NCBI GenBank assembly: GCA_963805015.1 | Contig: CAWDSL010000026.1 | Coordinates: forward strand, 79,125-143,124 | Length of the DNA stretch: 64,000 nt | Direction of reading: 5' to 3' | DNA from: an uncultured bacterium | GTDB lineage: Bacteria > Acidobacteriota > Aminicenantia > Aminicenantales > Saccharicenantaceae | Part shown: piece by piece, positions 45,373-53,759 of the stretch | Numbering within the stretch: the stretch's first letter is position 1 | Layout: each line of letters starts with the position of its first letter | Made by a program: the position numbers and the translations under genes | Notes under the pieces: generated by a model | Seen by the model: only the letters and a program-made list of their open reading frames with translations | Databases searched by the model: none | What the model was told of the DNA's origin: nothing

Positions 45373-45445
45373 TCAGAGTTTACCTGGATTGCCCCCGGCT
45401 TTCAACCCGGGCCATTAACAAGCCGAACGGCGTTTTCATTAATGG

Positions 45446-46186
45446 TTATCGCGGGAAGCCGTTGAACATGAGGTCGTAGTCGTCGATGAGGCCCTGGTCG
45501 GCGAAGCTGAAATAGCGGTTGTTGCCGACGACGATGTGGTCGAGGACCTTGATCTGGACGACCCTGGCCGCGAAGACGAGGTCCCGGGTGACCTCGCGGT
45601 CGCAGAGGGACGGCTCCGGGTCGCCCGAGGGGTGGTTGTGGGCGAAGATGAGGGCCGAGGCCTCGTACCGGAGGGCGTCCCGGATGACCTCCCGGGGGTA
45701 GACGGCGCTCGAATCGACGGTCCCCTCGAACAGGGTCTTCTCCTCGATGACCTGGTTCTTCGGATCGAGGAAGATGACCTTGAACCGCTCTTTCTTCAGG
45801 TCGCGGAGGGCGTGACAGAGGTAGTCGTAGACCTCCTGGGACGAGTGGCAGACCGGCCGGGACATCATCCGGTCCTTGAGGAAGCGGCGGGAGACCTCGT
45901 GGACGAGCTTCAGGCCGAAGACGTTCCGGACCCCGATGCCGGGGATGCGCTGCAGGTCCTCGGGCCGGGCCTCGAGGACGCCGCCGAAGGTCTTGAACTC
46001 CCTCAGGGCCTCCCGGGCCGGGGCTTTGCAATCCCGCCGGGGGGTGCCCAGGGTCAGGAGGAGCTCCACGATCTCGTAGTCCAGGAAGGCCGCCAGGCCG
46101 CCGTTGAGGAACTTTTGACGCAGCCGGTCGCGGTGTCCCGCCCCGTCGGGGCGTCCCCGGTCCGGCCCTCTGTCGCGCTCGCTCAT
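45446..46186 (-). CDS. radC: RadC-family (JAB/MPN domain) protein
   Basis: 246-aa ORF. HhH region ..LQRIPGIGVRNVFGLKLV.. and JAB motif ..LIFAHNHPSGDPEPS.. Confidence 0.85.
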   Translation of the reverse strand: MSERDRGPDRGRPDGAGHRDRLRQKFLNGGLAAFLDYEIVELLLTLGTPRRDCKAPAREALREFKTFGGVLEARPEDLQRIPGIGVRNVFGLKLVHEVSRRFLKDRMMSRPVCHSSQEVYDYLCHALRDLKKERFKVIFLDPKNQVIEEKTLFEGTVDSSAVYPREVIRDALRYEASALIFAHNHPSGDPEPSLCDREVTRDLVFAARVVQIKVLDHIVVGNNRYFSFADQGLIDDYDLMFNGFPR

Positions 46187-46327
46187 GGCGTCCGCTATAA
46201 GAGACGCCGCAACGACCGACTTTATCGCATCCTAAAAAAGAATGATGGGCGCAAAGCGTATCTTGGGGAAGTCCAGGAAAGGCGGCCATGGGTGTCGCCC
46301 TGAGGCCCCCGTGAGGGAGGGGGGACC

Positions 46328-46427
46328 GGCAGGGAGCGGAGTCTGCGGAGCGACCATCAGCGCCGCCCCGGAGCGACCCGCAGGGGCGGCGCTGGTAGAT
46401 ATCGGGAGAGTGCTATCTCCGGATATT
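46328..46427. repeat. composite intergenic repeat (locus R2)
   Basis: Leader GGCAGGGAGCGGAGTCTGCGGAGCGACC (46328-46355). Hairpin CAGCGCCGCCCC-GGAGCGACCCGCA-GGGGCGGCGCTG (46358-46394). AGTGCT-loop hairpin (46398-46427). Confidence 0.65.
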
Positions 46428-46451
46428 TCCCAGAATCCCGGCCGCGAGGCC

Positions 46452-48227
46452 TTAATCCTTATAGAGAAGATCGATGAGCGGTTTGAAGACCTTCTCGACG
46501 ATGTGGCGCTTGACCTTGAGCGAGGGGGTCAGCTCCGTGTCGACGTCGAAATCGCGCTCGAGCAGGATGACCTTCTTGATCCGCTCGTAGGAGGCCAGGT
46601 TGGGCGTCGTCCGGTTGACCTCGGCCAGCAGGAAGTCGGCGATCTCCTCCTTCCCGACGAGCTCCTTGCGGCTGCCGAAGGGGATGCCCTTCGACTTGGC
46701 GTAGGCCTCGAGCTTGTCGTAGTTCGGGACGATCAGGGCCGAGATGAACTTCCGCCCGCCGCCGACGACGACCGCGGTCTGGATGTAGGGGTTCGTCTTG
46801 AGCAGGTTCTCGATCGGCTGGGGCGCCACGTTCTTGCCCCCGGCCGTGACCAGGATGTCCTTCTTCCGGTCGGTGATGACCAGGAAGCCGTCCGCGTCGA
46901 AGTGGCCGATGTCGCCCGTCTTGAACCAGCCGTCCTCGAAGGCCTCGCGGGTCTCCTGCTCCTTCTTGTAGTAGCCCTTCATGACGTTCGGGCCCTTGGC
47001 CAGGATCTCGCCGTCCGGGGCGATCTTGATCTCGACCCCGGGGACGAGCGCCCCCACGGTCCCGAACCTCATCTTCTCGAAGGTGTTGCAGGCCAGCACG
47101 GGGGAGGTCTCGGTCAGGCCGTAGCCCTCGAGGATGACGATGCCGATGGCGTAGAAGAACTCGGCCACGTCGGCCGAGAGCGGGGCGCCGCCGGAGACGA
47201 AGAAGTGGACCCGGCCGCCCGTCTTGGCGATGATCTTGCCGTAGACGAGCTTGGCCGCGATCTTCCGCTGCAGCGCGAGCGCCCCGGGGATGGGCTGGTG
47301 GCGGATCTTCCTGGCCCCGTACTTTTTGCCGACGGCGATGGCCCAGAAGAAGATCTTCCTCTTGAGCGGCGATTGGGTCAGGACATTGTCCATGACCTTG
47401 GCGTAGATCTTGTCGAAGAGCCTTGGCACGCTGATCATGATCGTCGGCCGGACCTCGAGCAGGTTCTCGGCCACGGTCTCGATGCTCTCGGCGTAATGGA
47501 TCGACGCGCCCTTGTAGAGGAAGGAGAAGGTCGTCATCCGCTCCAGGACGTGGGACAGGGGCAAGAACGACAGGATGACGTCCTTGGCCGCGAATTCGGT
47601 GACGGCATCCAGCGCCTTGGCGTTGGAGACGAAGTTGCCGTGGGTCAGCATGACGCCCTTGGGGACGCCGGTCGTCCCCGAGGTGTAAATGATGGAGGCC
47701 AGGTCGCCGGGCTTGACGGCCAGGGCCCGCTTCTCGAATCGCCCCGGGTCGGACGTGGCGATGACCTTGCCCCGGCCCATGACCTCGGACAGGCTGACCA
47801 CGCCCTGGGGGCCGGCCTCGTCGATGAGGATGAAATGGTGGACGTTCGGGAGCTCGTGGCGGACCGCCTCGACCTTGAGCCAGAGGTTGCGGCTCGAGCA
47901 GACGACGATCTTGGCGTCCGAGTCGTTGATGATGTACTTGACCTGCTCGGGCATGAGCGAGGTGTAGATGGGCACCGTCACCGCCCCGTTGCAGAGGACG
48001 GCGAAATCGGTGATGGGCCACTCGGGCCGGTTCTCGGAGAAGATGACCAGCTTGTCGCCGGGGCCGAGCCCGAGGTCGGCCAGGCCGAGCGCGAGGTGCC
48101 GGACCCGGCGCTCGAACTCCTCCGTGGAGATGGGCACATAGCGGCCGTCGACCTTGGCCGCCAGGATGTCGTCCTTGATGTAGGTCTTGACGGTGTTGAG
48201 GAAGAGCTGGCTGAGCGTTTCGACCAT
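46452..48227 (-). CDS. long-chain acyl-CoA synthetase (AMP-forming, FadD-like)
   Basis: 591-aa ORF. YTSGTTGVPKGVMLTH, ..GYGLTETS.., ..TGDIG..D..GFL.ITDRKKD.. motifs. Confidence 0.85.
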   Translation of the reverse strand: MVETLSQLFLNTVKTYIKDDILAAKVDGRYVPISTEEFERRVRHLALGLADLGLGPGDKLVIFSENRPEWPITDFAVLCNGAVTVPIYTSLMPEQVKYIINDSDAKIVVCSSRNLWLKVEAVRHELPNVHHFILIDEAGPQGVVSLSEVMGRGKVIATSDPGRFEKRALAVKPGDLASIIYTSGTTGVPKGVMLTHGNFVSNAKALDAVTEFAAKDVILSFLPLSHVLERMTTFSFLYKGASIHYAESIETVAENLLEVRPTIMISVPRLFDKIYAKVMDNVLTQSPLKRKIFFWAIAVGKKYGARKIRHQPIPGALALQRKIAAKLVYGKIIAKTGGRVHFFVSGGAPLSADVAEFFYAIGIVILEGYGLTETSPVLACNTFEKMRFGTVGALVPGVEIKIAPDGEILAKGPNVMKGYYKKEQETREAFEDGWFKTGDIGHFDADGFLVITDRKKDILVTAGGKNVAPQPIENLLKTNPYIQTAVVVGGGRKFISALIVPNYDKLEAYAKSKGIPFGSRKELVGKEEIADFLLAEVNRTTPNLASYERIKKVILLERDFDVDTELTPSLKVKRHIVEKVFKPLIDLLYKD

Positions 48228-48285
48228 GAGAGATCTCCTTGCGGTCCGGATGGGGGCTATTGTAGCCCGTAAAGCCGCCGGGGTG

Positions 48286-48783
48286 TCAAATCTTTATGAG
48301 ATCGTGGCCCTCGTGGCGGAGGAGCCAGTCCTTGCGCCAGAGGCCGCCGCCGTAGCCGGTCAGGCGCCCGTCGCTCCCGACGACGCGGTGGCAGGGGACG
48401 ATGATCGACACGGGGTTGCTGTGGTTGGCCCCGCCGACGGCCCGCGTGGCGGCCGGCTTGCCGACGGCCTTGGCCAGGGCCTTGTAGGTCGTCGTCCGGC
48501 CGAATTCCACCTGGAGGAGCTTGGACCAGACCGATCTCTGAAAATCCGTGCCGCGGAGATCGAGCTTGACCGTGAAGGCCTTGCGCTCTCCCCGGAAATA
48601 GCCGTCGAGCTGGGCCAGGGCGGCCGTGACGGGGCCGGGCGGAGCGCTCTTGGCTTTCGGGCGCGCTTTCTCCTCTTTGATATCGACGAAATTCAGGTCG
48701 GAGACGCCCGCTTCGGTGCCGACGATCTCGATCGTCCCAATGGGGGATTCGTAGTAGGCCTTGGACACCTCGGGTTCGGGCAT
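48286..48783 (-). CDS. ogt: methylated-DNA-protein-cysteine methyltransferase
   Basis: 165-aa ORF with the active-site motif IIVPCHRVV and the preceding ..TYKALAKAVG.. helix-turn-helix. Confidence 0.85.
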   Translation of the reverse strand: MPEPEVSKAYYESPIGTIEIVGTEAGVSDLNFVDIKEEKARPKAKSAPPGPVTAALAQLDGYFRGERKAFTVKLDLRGTDFQRSVWSKLLQVEFGRTTTYKALAKAVGKPAATRAVGGANHSNPVSIIVPCHRVVGSDGRLTGYGGGLWRKDWLLRHEGHDLIKI

Positions 48784-48854
48784 GGCCGCCTCCTGGAATC
48801 ACAATAATATAACTCGGCCCTCCCCTACAAGGGACCAGGTCTCCTCTCAGCGCG

Positions 48855-48883
48855 TTGACGGTCCGCCCGCCGTGTGCTAAAAG
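48855..48883 (+). promoter_or_regulatory. candidate sigma-70-type promoter
   Basis: TTGACG (48855-48860), 17-nt spacer ending in TGc, TAAAAG (48878-48883). Lies 25 nt upstream of the ATG at 48909. Confidence 0.4.
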
Positions 48884-48908
48884 CGGAGAGGACGGAAAAG
48901 GAGAGCCC

Positions 48909-49733
48909 ATGAGCGGAGATATCCCGACCCTGGCCGTCGCCGGCAAGACCCTGCCCGAAGCCTGGGAGAAGGCCGTCCTGGCCTGTTGGAACGAAGGCGT
49001 GGCCATCAAGACCGAGTACGACAAACCGGGCGATCCGCCGAGCCGGGATTGCACGATGCTCTGGACGGTCGAGGACCCCTTCGCCGAGCCCCGCATCCAC
49101 CGGGCCTTTCCGGGCGGCCTCGAGGACCTCGAGGTTTACCGCCAGGAGGTCGTCGACGGCGTCCACGACCACTGGATCGCGCCGGAAGAGGGGAAGTGGA
49201 CCTATACCTATCACAAGCGCCTGTTCGCCTACGACATCGAGGGGGAGACGGTCGACCAGATCGCGGCGGCCGTCGACCGGCTGGCCCGCGCCGGCCACAC
49301 CCGCCGGGCCCAGGCCATCACCTGGAACCCGAAGCTCGACGGCCCCACCGACGACCCGCCTTGCCTCCAAAGGCTCTGGTTCCGGATGCTCGAGGACGGC
49401 TCCGGAGGGCTCGTCCTGAACATGAACGCCCACTGGCGGTCGCGCGACGCCTACAAAGCCGCCTACATGAACGTCTTCGCCCTGACCGATCTCCAGCGGG
49501 TGGTCGCCGCGCGCGTGGCCGAAAAGACGGGCCGGGCCGTGCGCGTCGGGCGCTACGCCGACCTCGTCGACAGCTTCCACATCTACGGCTCGTACTTCGC
49601 CGAGTTCGAGGGATTCCTCAAGATGGTGGAAAAGCGGACGTTCGCCGAGAGGACCTGGCCGAGCGCCTACGCCGAGCCCATGTTCGAAGAAGCCCGGGAA
49701 CGACTTCGCCGGGAGAAAGAGGAAGGGAGGTAA
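48909..49733 (+). CDS. thymidylate synthase superfamily protein (ThyA-like, divergent/archaeal-type)
   Basis: Start MSGDIPTLAVAGKTLPEAWEKAVL after AAAGGAGAG. ..RRAQAITWNPKLD..PPCLQRLWFRML.. (catalytic Cys context) and ..SFHIYGSY.. Confidence 0.7.
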   Translation: MSGDIPTLAVAGKTLPEAWEKAVLACWNEGVAIKTEYDKPGDPPSRDCTMLWTVEDPFAEPRIHRAFPGGLEDLEVYRQEVVDGVHDHWIAPEEGKWTYTYHKRLFAYDIEGETVDQIAAAVDRLARAGHTRRAQAITWNPKLDGPTDDPPCLQRLWFRMLEDGSGGLVLNMNAHWRSRDAYKAAYMNVFALTDLQRVVAARVAEKTGRAVRVGRYADLVDSFHIYGSYFAEFEGFLKMVEKRTFAERTWPSAYAEPMFEEARERLRREKEEGR

Positions 49734-49736
49734 GCC

Positions 49737-50382
49737 ATGACCCTAGTCGCCTTGGACGATCGCCCTCGTCGCCTGCGTTCTCGTCTCCGCGGCCCTGGCC
49801 ACCTGGTCCCAGGTCAAGGAGCGTCGGCGCTTGCACCTCGTGACCAAGCCGCTCTCGACTGGTCTCATCATCGCCCTGGCCGCTTTGGCCGCGGTCCCCG
49901 TGCCGCCCGCGTACAAGACGCTCGTGCTGGCCGGGCTCCTCTTCTCGCTCCTCGGCGACGTCGCCCTGATGTTCCCCGACAAGTGGTTCACGGCCGGGCT
50001 GGTCGCGTTCCTGGCCGCCCAGGCCCTCTACCTCCTGGCCTTCAAACCCCGCCCGGGACACTCCATATCGCCGATGACGCTCCTCCCCTTCATCCTCTAC
50101 GGCCTGCTGATGTTCTTCCTGCTGGCCCCCCACTTGGGCCCGCTGAAGATCCCCGTTTTCGTCTACGTCGCGGCCATTACGACGATGGCCGGGTTCGCGG
50201 CGGCGCGGTACGTCGACATGGGCGGGACGAAGGCGCTCCTGGCCTTCATCGGCGGCGTGTTGTTCCTGGTTTCCGACTCCGTGCTGGCCTATGACCGATT
50301 CGCCCGGAAGGTGCCGAACGCCCGGGTCATCGTTCTTGGAACCTACTTTCCGGCCCAGCTCCTGATCGCCCTGTCCATCTGA
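49737..50382 (+). pseudogene. YhhN-family membrane protein (lysoplasmalogenase-like), probable frameshift near 49753
   Basis: A strong RBS (GGGAGG) plus ATG 49737 opens a frame that becomes Arg/Pro-rich nonsense. The conserved YhhN sequence (..WTIALVACVLVSAALATWSQVKERRRLHLVTKPL...) is in the next frame, which has no canonical start before TTG 49831. Confidence 0.6.
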
Positions 50383-50398
50383 TCAGGGGGCGGCGCGG

Positions 50399-51229
50399 TC
50401 AACGGGCCGGGACGATGCGGCCGTCGATCCCGACGACCACCTTTTTCACTTCGATCGGCACGCCCGCGAGCTCCACGGCCATGCGGACGATGCGCTCGAG
50501 GCCGGAGCAGCAGGGCACGGTCATGATGGCCACCGTCAGGGAGGCGAGCTCGTTGTCCCTGATGAGCTCGGCCAGCTTCTCGACGTAGCCCTGGGTCTCG
50601 TCGAGCTTGGGGCAGGCGATGACCAGCTTCTTCCCTTCGAGAAGCTCCCCGTGGAAGCCGCCGAGGGCGAAGGCCGTGCAGTCGGCCGCGACCAGGAGAT
50701 CGCTGCCCTTGAAGTAGGGCGCGGCCGGCGAGACGAGATGGAGCTGGATGGGCCACTGGCTCAGGCACGAAGGGACCGCCGCGGCGGGACGGCTGGAGGT
50801 ATCCGGATCCCGGGCGATGTCGCGGGCCAGGCTGCCGGGGCAGCCGGCGTGGGCGGAGTGAGCGTGACCTCGGTCGGCGACCCGGTCAACTCGGTCGGCC
50901 CAGCCAACTCGGGCGGCGTTTCCGCCCTGGTTGTCGCAGACGTCGCGGACGCCATGGACCTTGGAGGCCGCCGCGGCGCCCCGCGTCTTCAGAACGTGAT
51001 CGAAGGCGGCCCGGGCGTCGTAGCCCTCGCTATCCCTTTCGACGACCTTCAGGGCGCCGGTCGGGCAGACGTCGAGGCAGGCGCCCAGGCCGTCGCAGTA
51101 GATCTCGCGGACCAGGACGGCCTTGTTCTCGGCGTCGAGCGCGAGCGCCCCCTCGGCGCAGGCGGTCGTGCAGAGCCCGCAGCCGTCGCATCTCCCGCGA
51201 TCGATCTCGATGATCTGTCGTTTGGCCAT
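50399..51229 (-). CDS. 4Fe-4S dicluster domain protein
   Basis: 276-aa ORF. N-terminal ferredoxin motifs CDGCGLCTTAC and CDGLGACLDVCP. Cys-containing C-terminal domain (..VIACPKLD.., ..VPCCSG..). Specific function not recognised. Confidence 0.7.
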   Translation of the reverse strand: MAKRQIIEIDRGRCDGCGLCTTACAEGALALDAENKAVLVREIYCDGLGACLDVCPTGALKVVERDSEGYDARAAFDHVLKTRGAAAASKVHGVRDVCDNQGGNAARVGWADRVDRVADRGHAHSAHAGCPGSLARDIARDPDTSSRPAAAVPSCLSQWPIQLHLVSPAAPYFKGSDLLVAADCTAFALGGFHGELLEGKKLVIACPKLDETQGYVEKLAELIRDNELASLTVAIMTVPCCSGLERIVRMAVELAGVPIEVKKVVVGIDGRIVPAR

Positions 51230-51292
51230 GGACGCGCTCCTCGGGAATAATTCCTACTGGATTGCTAGGATATCAGAAAGGCGGGGCGAGGT

Positions 51293-51712
51293 CTAGACGG
51301 TCGCCGGGGGTACGCGCGGCGCGTGACGGGTGACGGGCGCGCCTCCGAACCAATCGCGGGCGTCCCGGCCGAGGAGCCCGGACAGGGCGATCCCCCCCAG
51401 GATCGTGCCGACCGGGATGCCGGCGAGCAGGACGACGGCCAGGGCGACGCCGGCGAACCGGGCCCAGGGCTGGCCTTTGGCGATCCCCGCGGCGATGACG
51501 AGACCGGCGACGCCGAAGGCGGCGAAGGCGACGGCGAGCAGGATGCCGGTCGTCCCGAGCAGGGCGCTGCCGAGCAGGCTCCGGCCCTCGGTCCCCAAAC
51601 CGACGAGGGCGGCCCCGGAGAGGAAGATGAAGGCGAAGAGGGCCGCCGTCGCGAAGGCCAGTCCCGCGGCGACGACGAAGGCGATCCTGGTCGTCTTGAT
51701 GCTGTCCGGCAT
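51293..51712 (-). CDS. hypothetical small membrane protein
   Basis: ATG 51712 after GGGAGA. MPDSIKTTRIAFVVAAGLAFATAALFAFIFL.. with about four Gly/Ala-rich hydrophobic segments. No family recognised. Confidence 0.5.
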   Translation of the reverse strand: MPDSIKTTRIAFVVAAGLAFATAALFAFIFLSGAALVGLGTEGRSLLGSALLGTTGILLAVAFAAFGVAGLVIAAGIAKGQPWARFAGVALAVVLLAGIPVGTILGGIALSGLLGRDARDWFGGAPVTRHAPRVPPATV

Positions 51713-51774
51713 GTTCGGTCTCCCTGGGTATCGAGCCGGGGTCATTTTACCCGATGCGCGCGGCGGAGACAAAT

Positions 51775-51783
51775 TGATATAAT
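51775..51783 (+). promoter_or_regulatory. extended -10 element TGATATAAT immediately upstream of rlmB
   Basis: TATAAT (51778-51783) ends 6 nt before the ATG at 51790, which implies a leaderless or near-leaderless transcript. Confidence 0.45.
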
Positions 51784-51789
51784 GCCCCC

Positions 51790-52509
51790 ATGGACCGCAT
51801 CATCCGCATCAATCCCCTCCTCGAGGCCCTCAAGTCCGCGCCCGAGCGGGTCAACAAGGTCTTCGTCCAGGAGGAGCGTGGCCACGCCCGGATCGGCGAG
51901 GTCATCCGCGAGGCCAAGGGCCATCACGTCCCCGTCGTCGTCGTTCCGGCGCGCCGCCTCGACCAGCTCGCGCCCGGCCACCAGGGCGTCGTGGCCGAGG
52001 TCTCCCCCAGGAAATACGCCCGCCTCGAGGACATCCTGGCCCGTTCGGCGAAGCCGTTCGTGGTCATCCTCGACGAGGTCGAGGACCCCCAGAACCTCGG
52101 GGCCATCGTCCGGAGCGCCGAGGGGGCCGGGGCCGACGGCCTTATCCTGCCCGAGCGCCGCTCGGCCGGCCTGACGGAAACCGTCGACCAGGTCTCGGCA
52201 GGGGCCCTCGAGCACCTGCCCGTCGCCCGCGTCCCCAACCTGGTCCGGGCCATGGAAGAGCTCAAGGACAAAGGCCTCTGGCTCGTCGGCGCCGAGGGCT
52301 CCGGCGAGGAGCCCTGGTACGCCTTCGACTACACCGGGCCCGTCGGCATCGTCCTCGGCTCCGAGGGCCGGGGCCTGCGGCCCCTGGTCCGCAAGACCTG
52401 CGACAAGGTCCTGGCCATTCCCCTGGGGGGGCAGGTCGGGTCCCTCAACGTCGCCGCCGCCGCCGCGGTCTTCTTCTTCGAGGTCGTCCGCCAGCGTCTC
52501 GGAAAATAG
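51790..52509 (+). CDS. rlmB: 23S rRNA 2'-O-ribose methyltransferase, SpoU/TrmH family (RlmB-like)
   Basis: 239-aa ORF. ..INPLLEALKSAP..; SpoU motifs ..LDEVEDPQNLGAIVRSAEGAG.., ..LGSEGRGLR.., ..IPLGGQVGSLNVAAAAAV.. Confidence 0.8.
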   Translation: MDRIIRINPLLEALKSAPERVNKVFVQEERGHARIGEVIREAKGHHVPVVVVPARRLDQLAPGHQGVVAEVSPRKYARLEDILARSAKPFVVILDEVEDPQNLGAIVRSAEGAGADGLILPERRSAGLTETVDQVSAGALEHLPVARVPNLVRAMEELKDKGLWLVGAEGSGEEPWYAFDYTGPVGIVLGSEGRGLRPLVRKTCDKVLAIPLGGQVGSLNVAAAAAVFFFEVVRQRLGK

Positions 52510-52739
52510 CGACGCGACAGCGTCGACCGCCAGGATCGGGCCGAGCGGGTCATCAGAGCGAGCATCAGCGCTGATCTAGCCGGTCCGAAGCCGGACAAGG
52601 GCAGTTTCCCTGGGAACCGCCAAAACGTGTTTGAGCGAGGCTTAGCGCAAGCCGAGCGAGTTGTTTTGGCGCCGAGTCCGGCGCGTGGACCGGCGTGAAA
52701 GATCAGCGCAGCGAACGAGGATGATCCGCGAGGCCCGGC

Positions 52740-52768
52740 TTGACTTAGCCTCCCCCCGCACCTAGAAT
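52740..52768 (+). promoter_or_regulatory. sigma-70-type promoter for accA
   Basis: TTGACT (52740-52745), 17-nt spacer, TAGAAT (52763-52768). About 35 nt upstream of the accA ATG. Confidence 0.5.
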
Positions 52769-52802
52769 AGGCCCGTATCGTAACCCCTTGAAAGAGCAGA
52801 GC

Positions 52803-53759
52803 ATGGAAAAATCGGTGGAGTTTTATAGCCTCGAAAAGGGCATCCTGTCCCTGAAGGACCAGATCGACGCCCTGAACGAGACCGACATCATCGACAAGAA
52901 GGACCGGATCGCGGTCCTGCGGGCGGAGATCGAGAAGGAATGGGCCAAGATCGTGCCCAACCTGTCCACCATCAACATCGTCCAGATCGCCCGCCACCCC
53001 AAGCGCCCCTACACCCTGGACTACATCGCCTTCCTCTTCCAGGACTTCATGGAGATGCACGGCGACCGGCGCTTCGCCGACGACCCGGCCATCGTCGCCG
53101 GCCTGGCCTTCTACAAGGGCCGGACCGTGGCCGTCATCGGCCACCAGAAGGGCCGGACGACCCGGGCCCGGATCGACCGCAACTTCGGCCAGGCCAATCC
53201 CGAGGGCTACCGCAAGGCCCTGCGGATCATGCAGGAGGCCGAGAAGTTCGGCTTCCCGGTCGTCACCCTCATCGACACCCCGGGCGCCTATCCGGGGATC
53301 GGCGCCGAGGAGCGCGGCCAGGCCGAGGCCATCGCCAACAATCTCAAGGCCATCGCCATGCTCAAGACGCCCATCGTCAACGTCGTCATCGGCGAAGGCG
53401 GCAGCGGCGGCGGCCTGGGCATCGGCTTCGGCGACCAGCTGATGATGCTCGAGCACTCCTTCTACTCCGTCATCTCCCCCGAGGGCTGCGCCTCCATCGT
53501 CTGGAAGGACCAGGCCTTCATCGAGGAGGCCGCGGAGAACCTGGGCATCCGGGCCGAGAAGCTCCTGGAGCTCGGCATCATCGACAAGATCATCCCCGAG
53601 CCGGCCGGCGGGGCCCACATCGATCCCGAGCAGACCTTCAAGAACGTCGACAAGCACCTCTACCAGGCGCTGAAGAAGCTCGAGGACAAGCCCGTCGAGG
53701 AGCTCCTCGAAGAGAGATACCGGAGAATCCGCAAGATCGGGGTCTTCGAAGAGCGGTGA
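52803..53759 (+). CDS. accA: acetyl-CoA carboxylase carboxyltransferase subunit alpha
   Basis: MEKSVEFYSLEKGILSLKDQIDAL..ARHPKRPYTLDYI..LIDTPGAYPGIGAEERGQAEAIA.. is a classic AccA sequence. Confidence 0.9.
   Translation: MEKSVEFYSLEKGILSLKDQIDALNETDIIDKKDRIAVLRAEIEKEWAKIVPNLSTINIVQIARHPKRPYTLDYIAFLFQDFMEMHGDRRFADDPAIVAGLAFYKGRTVAVIGHQKGRTTRARIDRNFGQANPEGYRKALRIMQEAEKFGFPVVTLIDTPGAYPGIGAEERGQAEAIANNLKAIAMLKTPIVNVVIGEGGSGGGLGIGFGDQLMMLEHSFYSVISPEGCASIVWKDQAFIEEAAENLGIRAEKLLELGIIDKIIPEPAGGAHIDPEQTFKNVDKHLYQALKKLEDKPVEELLEERYRRIRKIGVFEER

Noticed and set aside
52570-52605. GGTCCGAAGCCGGACAAGGGCAG, which superficially resembles the conserved domain IV of SRP (4.5S) RNA.
   Set aside because: The GNAR tetraloop and the symmetric/asymmetric loop sequences (GGAA, AGCA) of SRP RNA are not present, and the flanks do not form the long helix 5.
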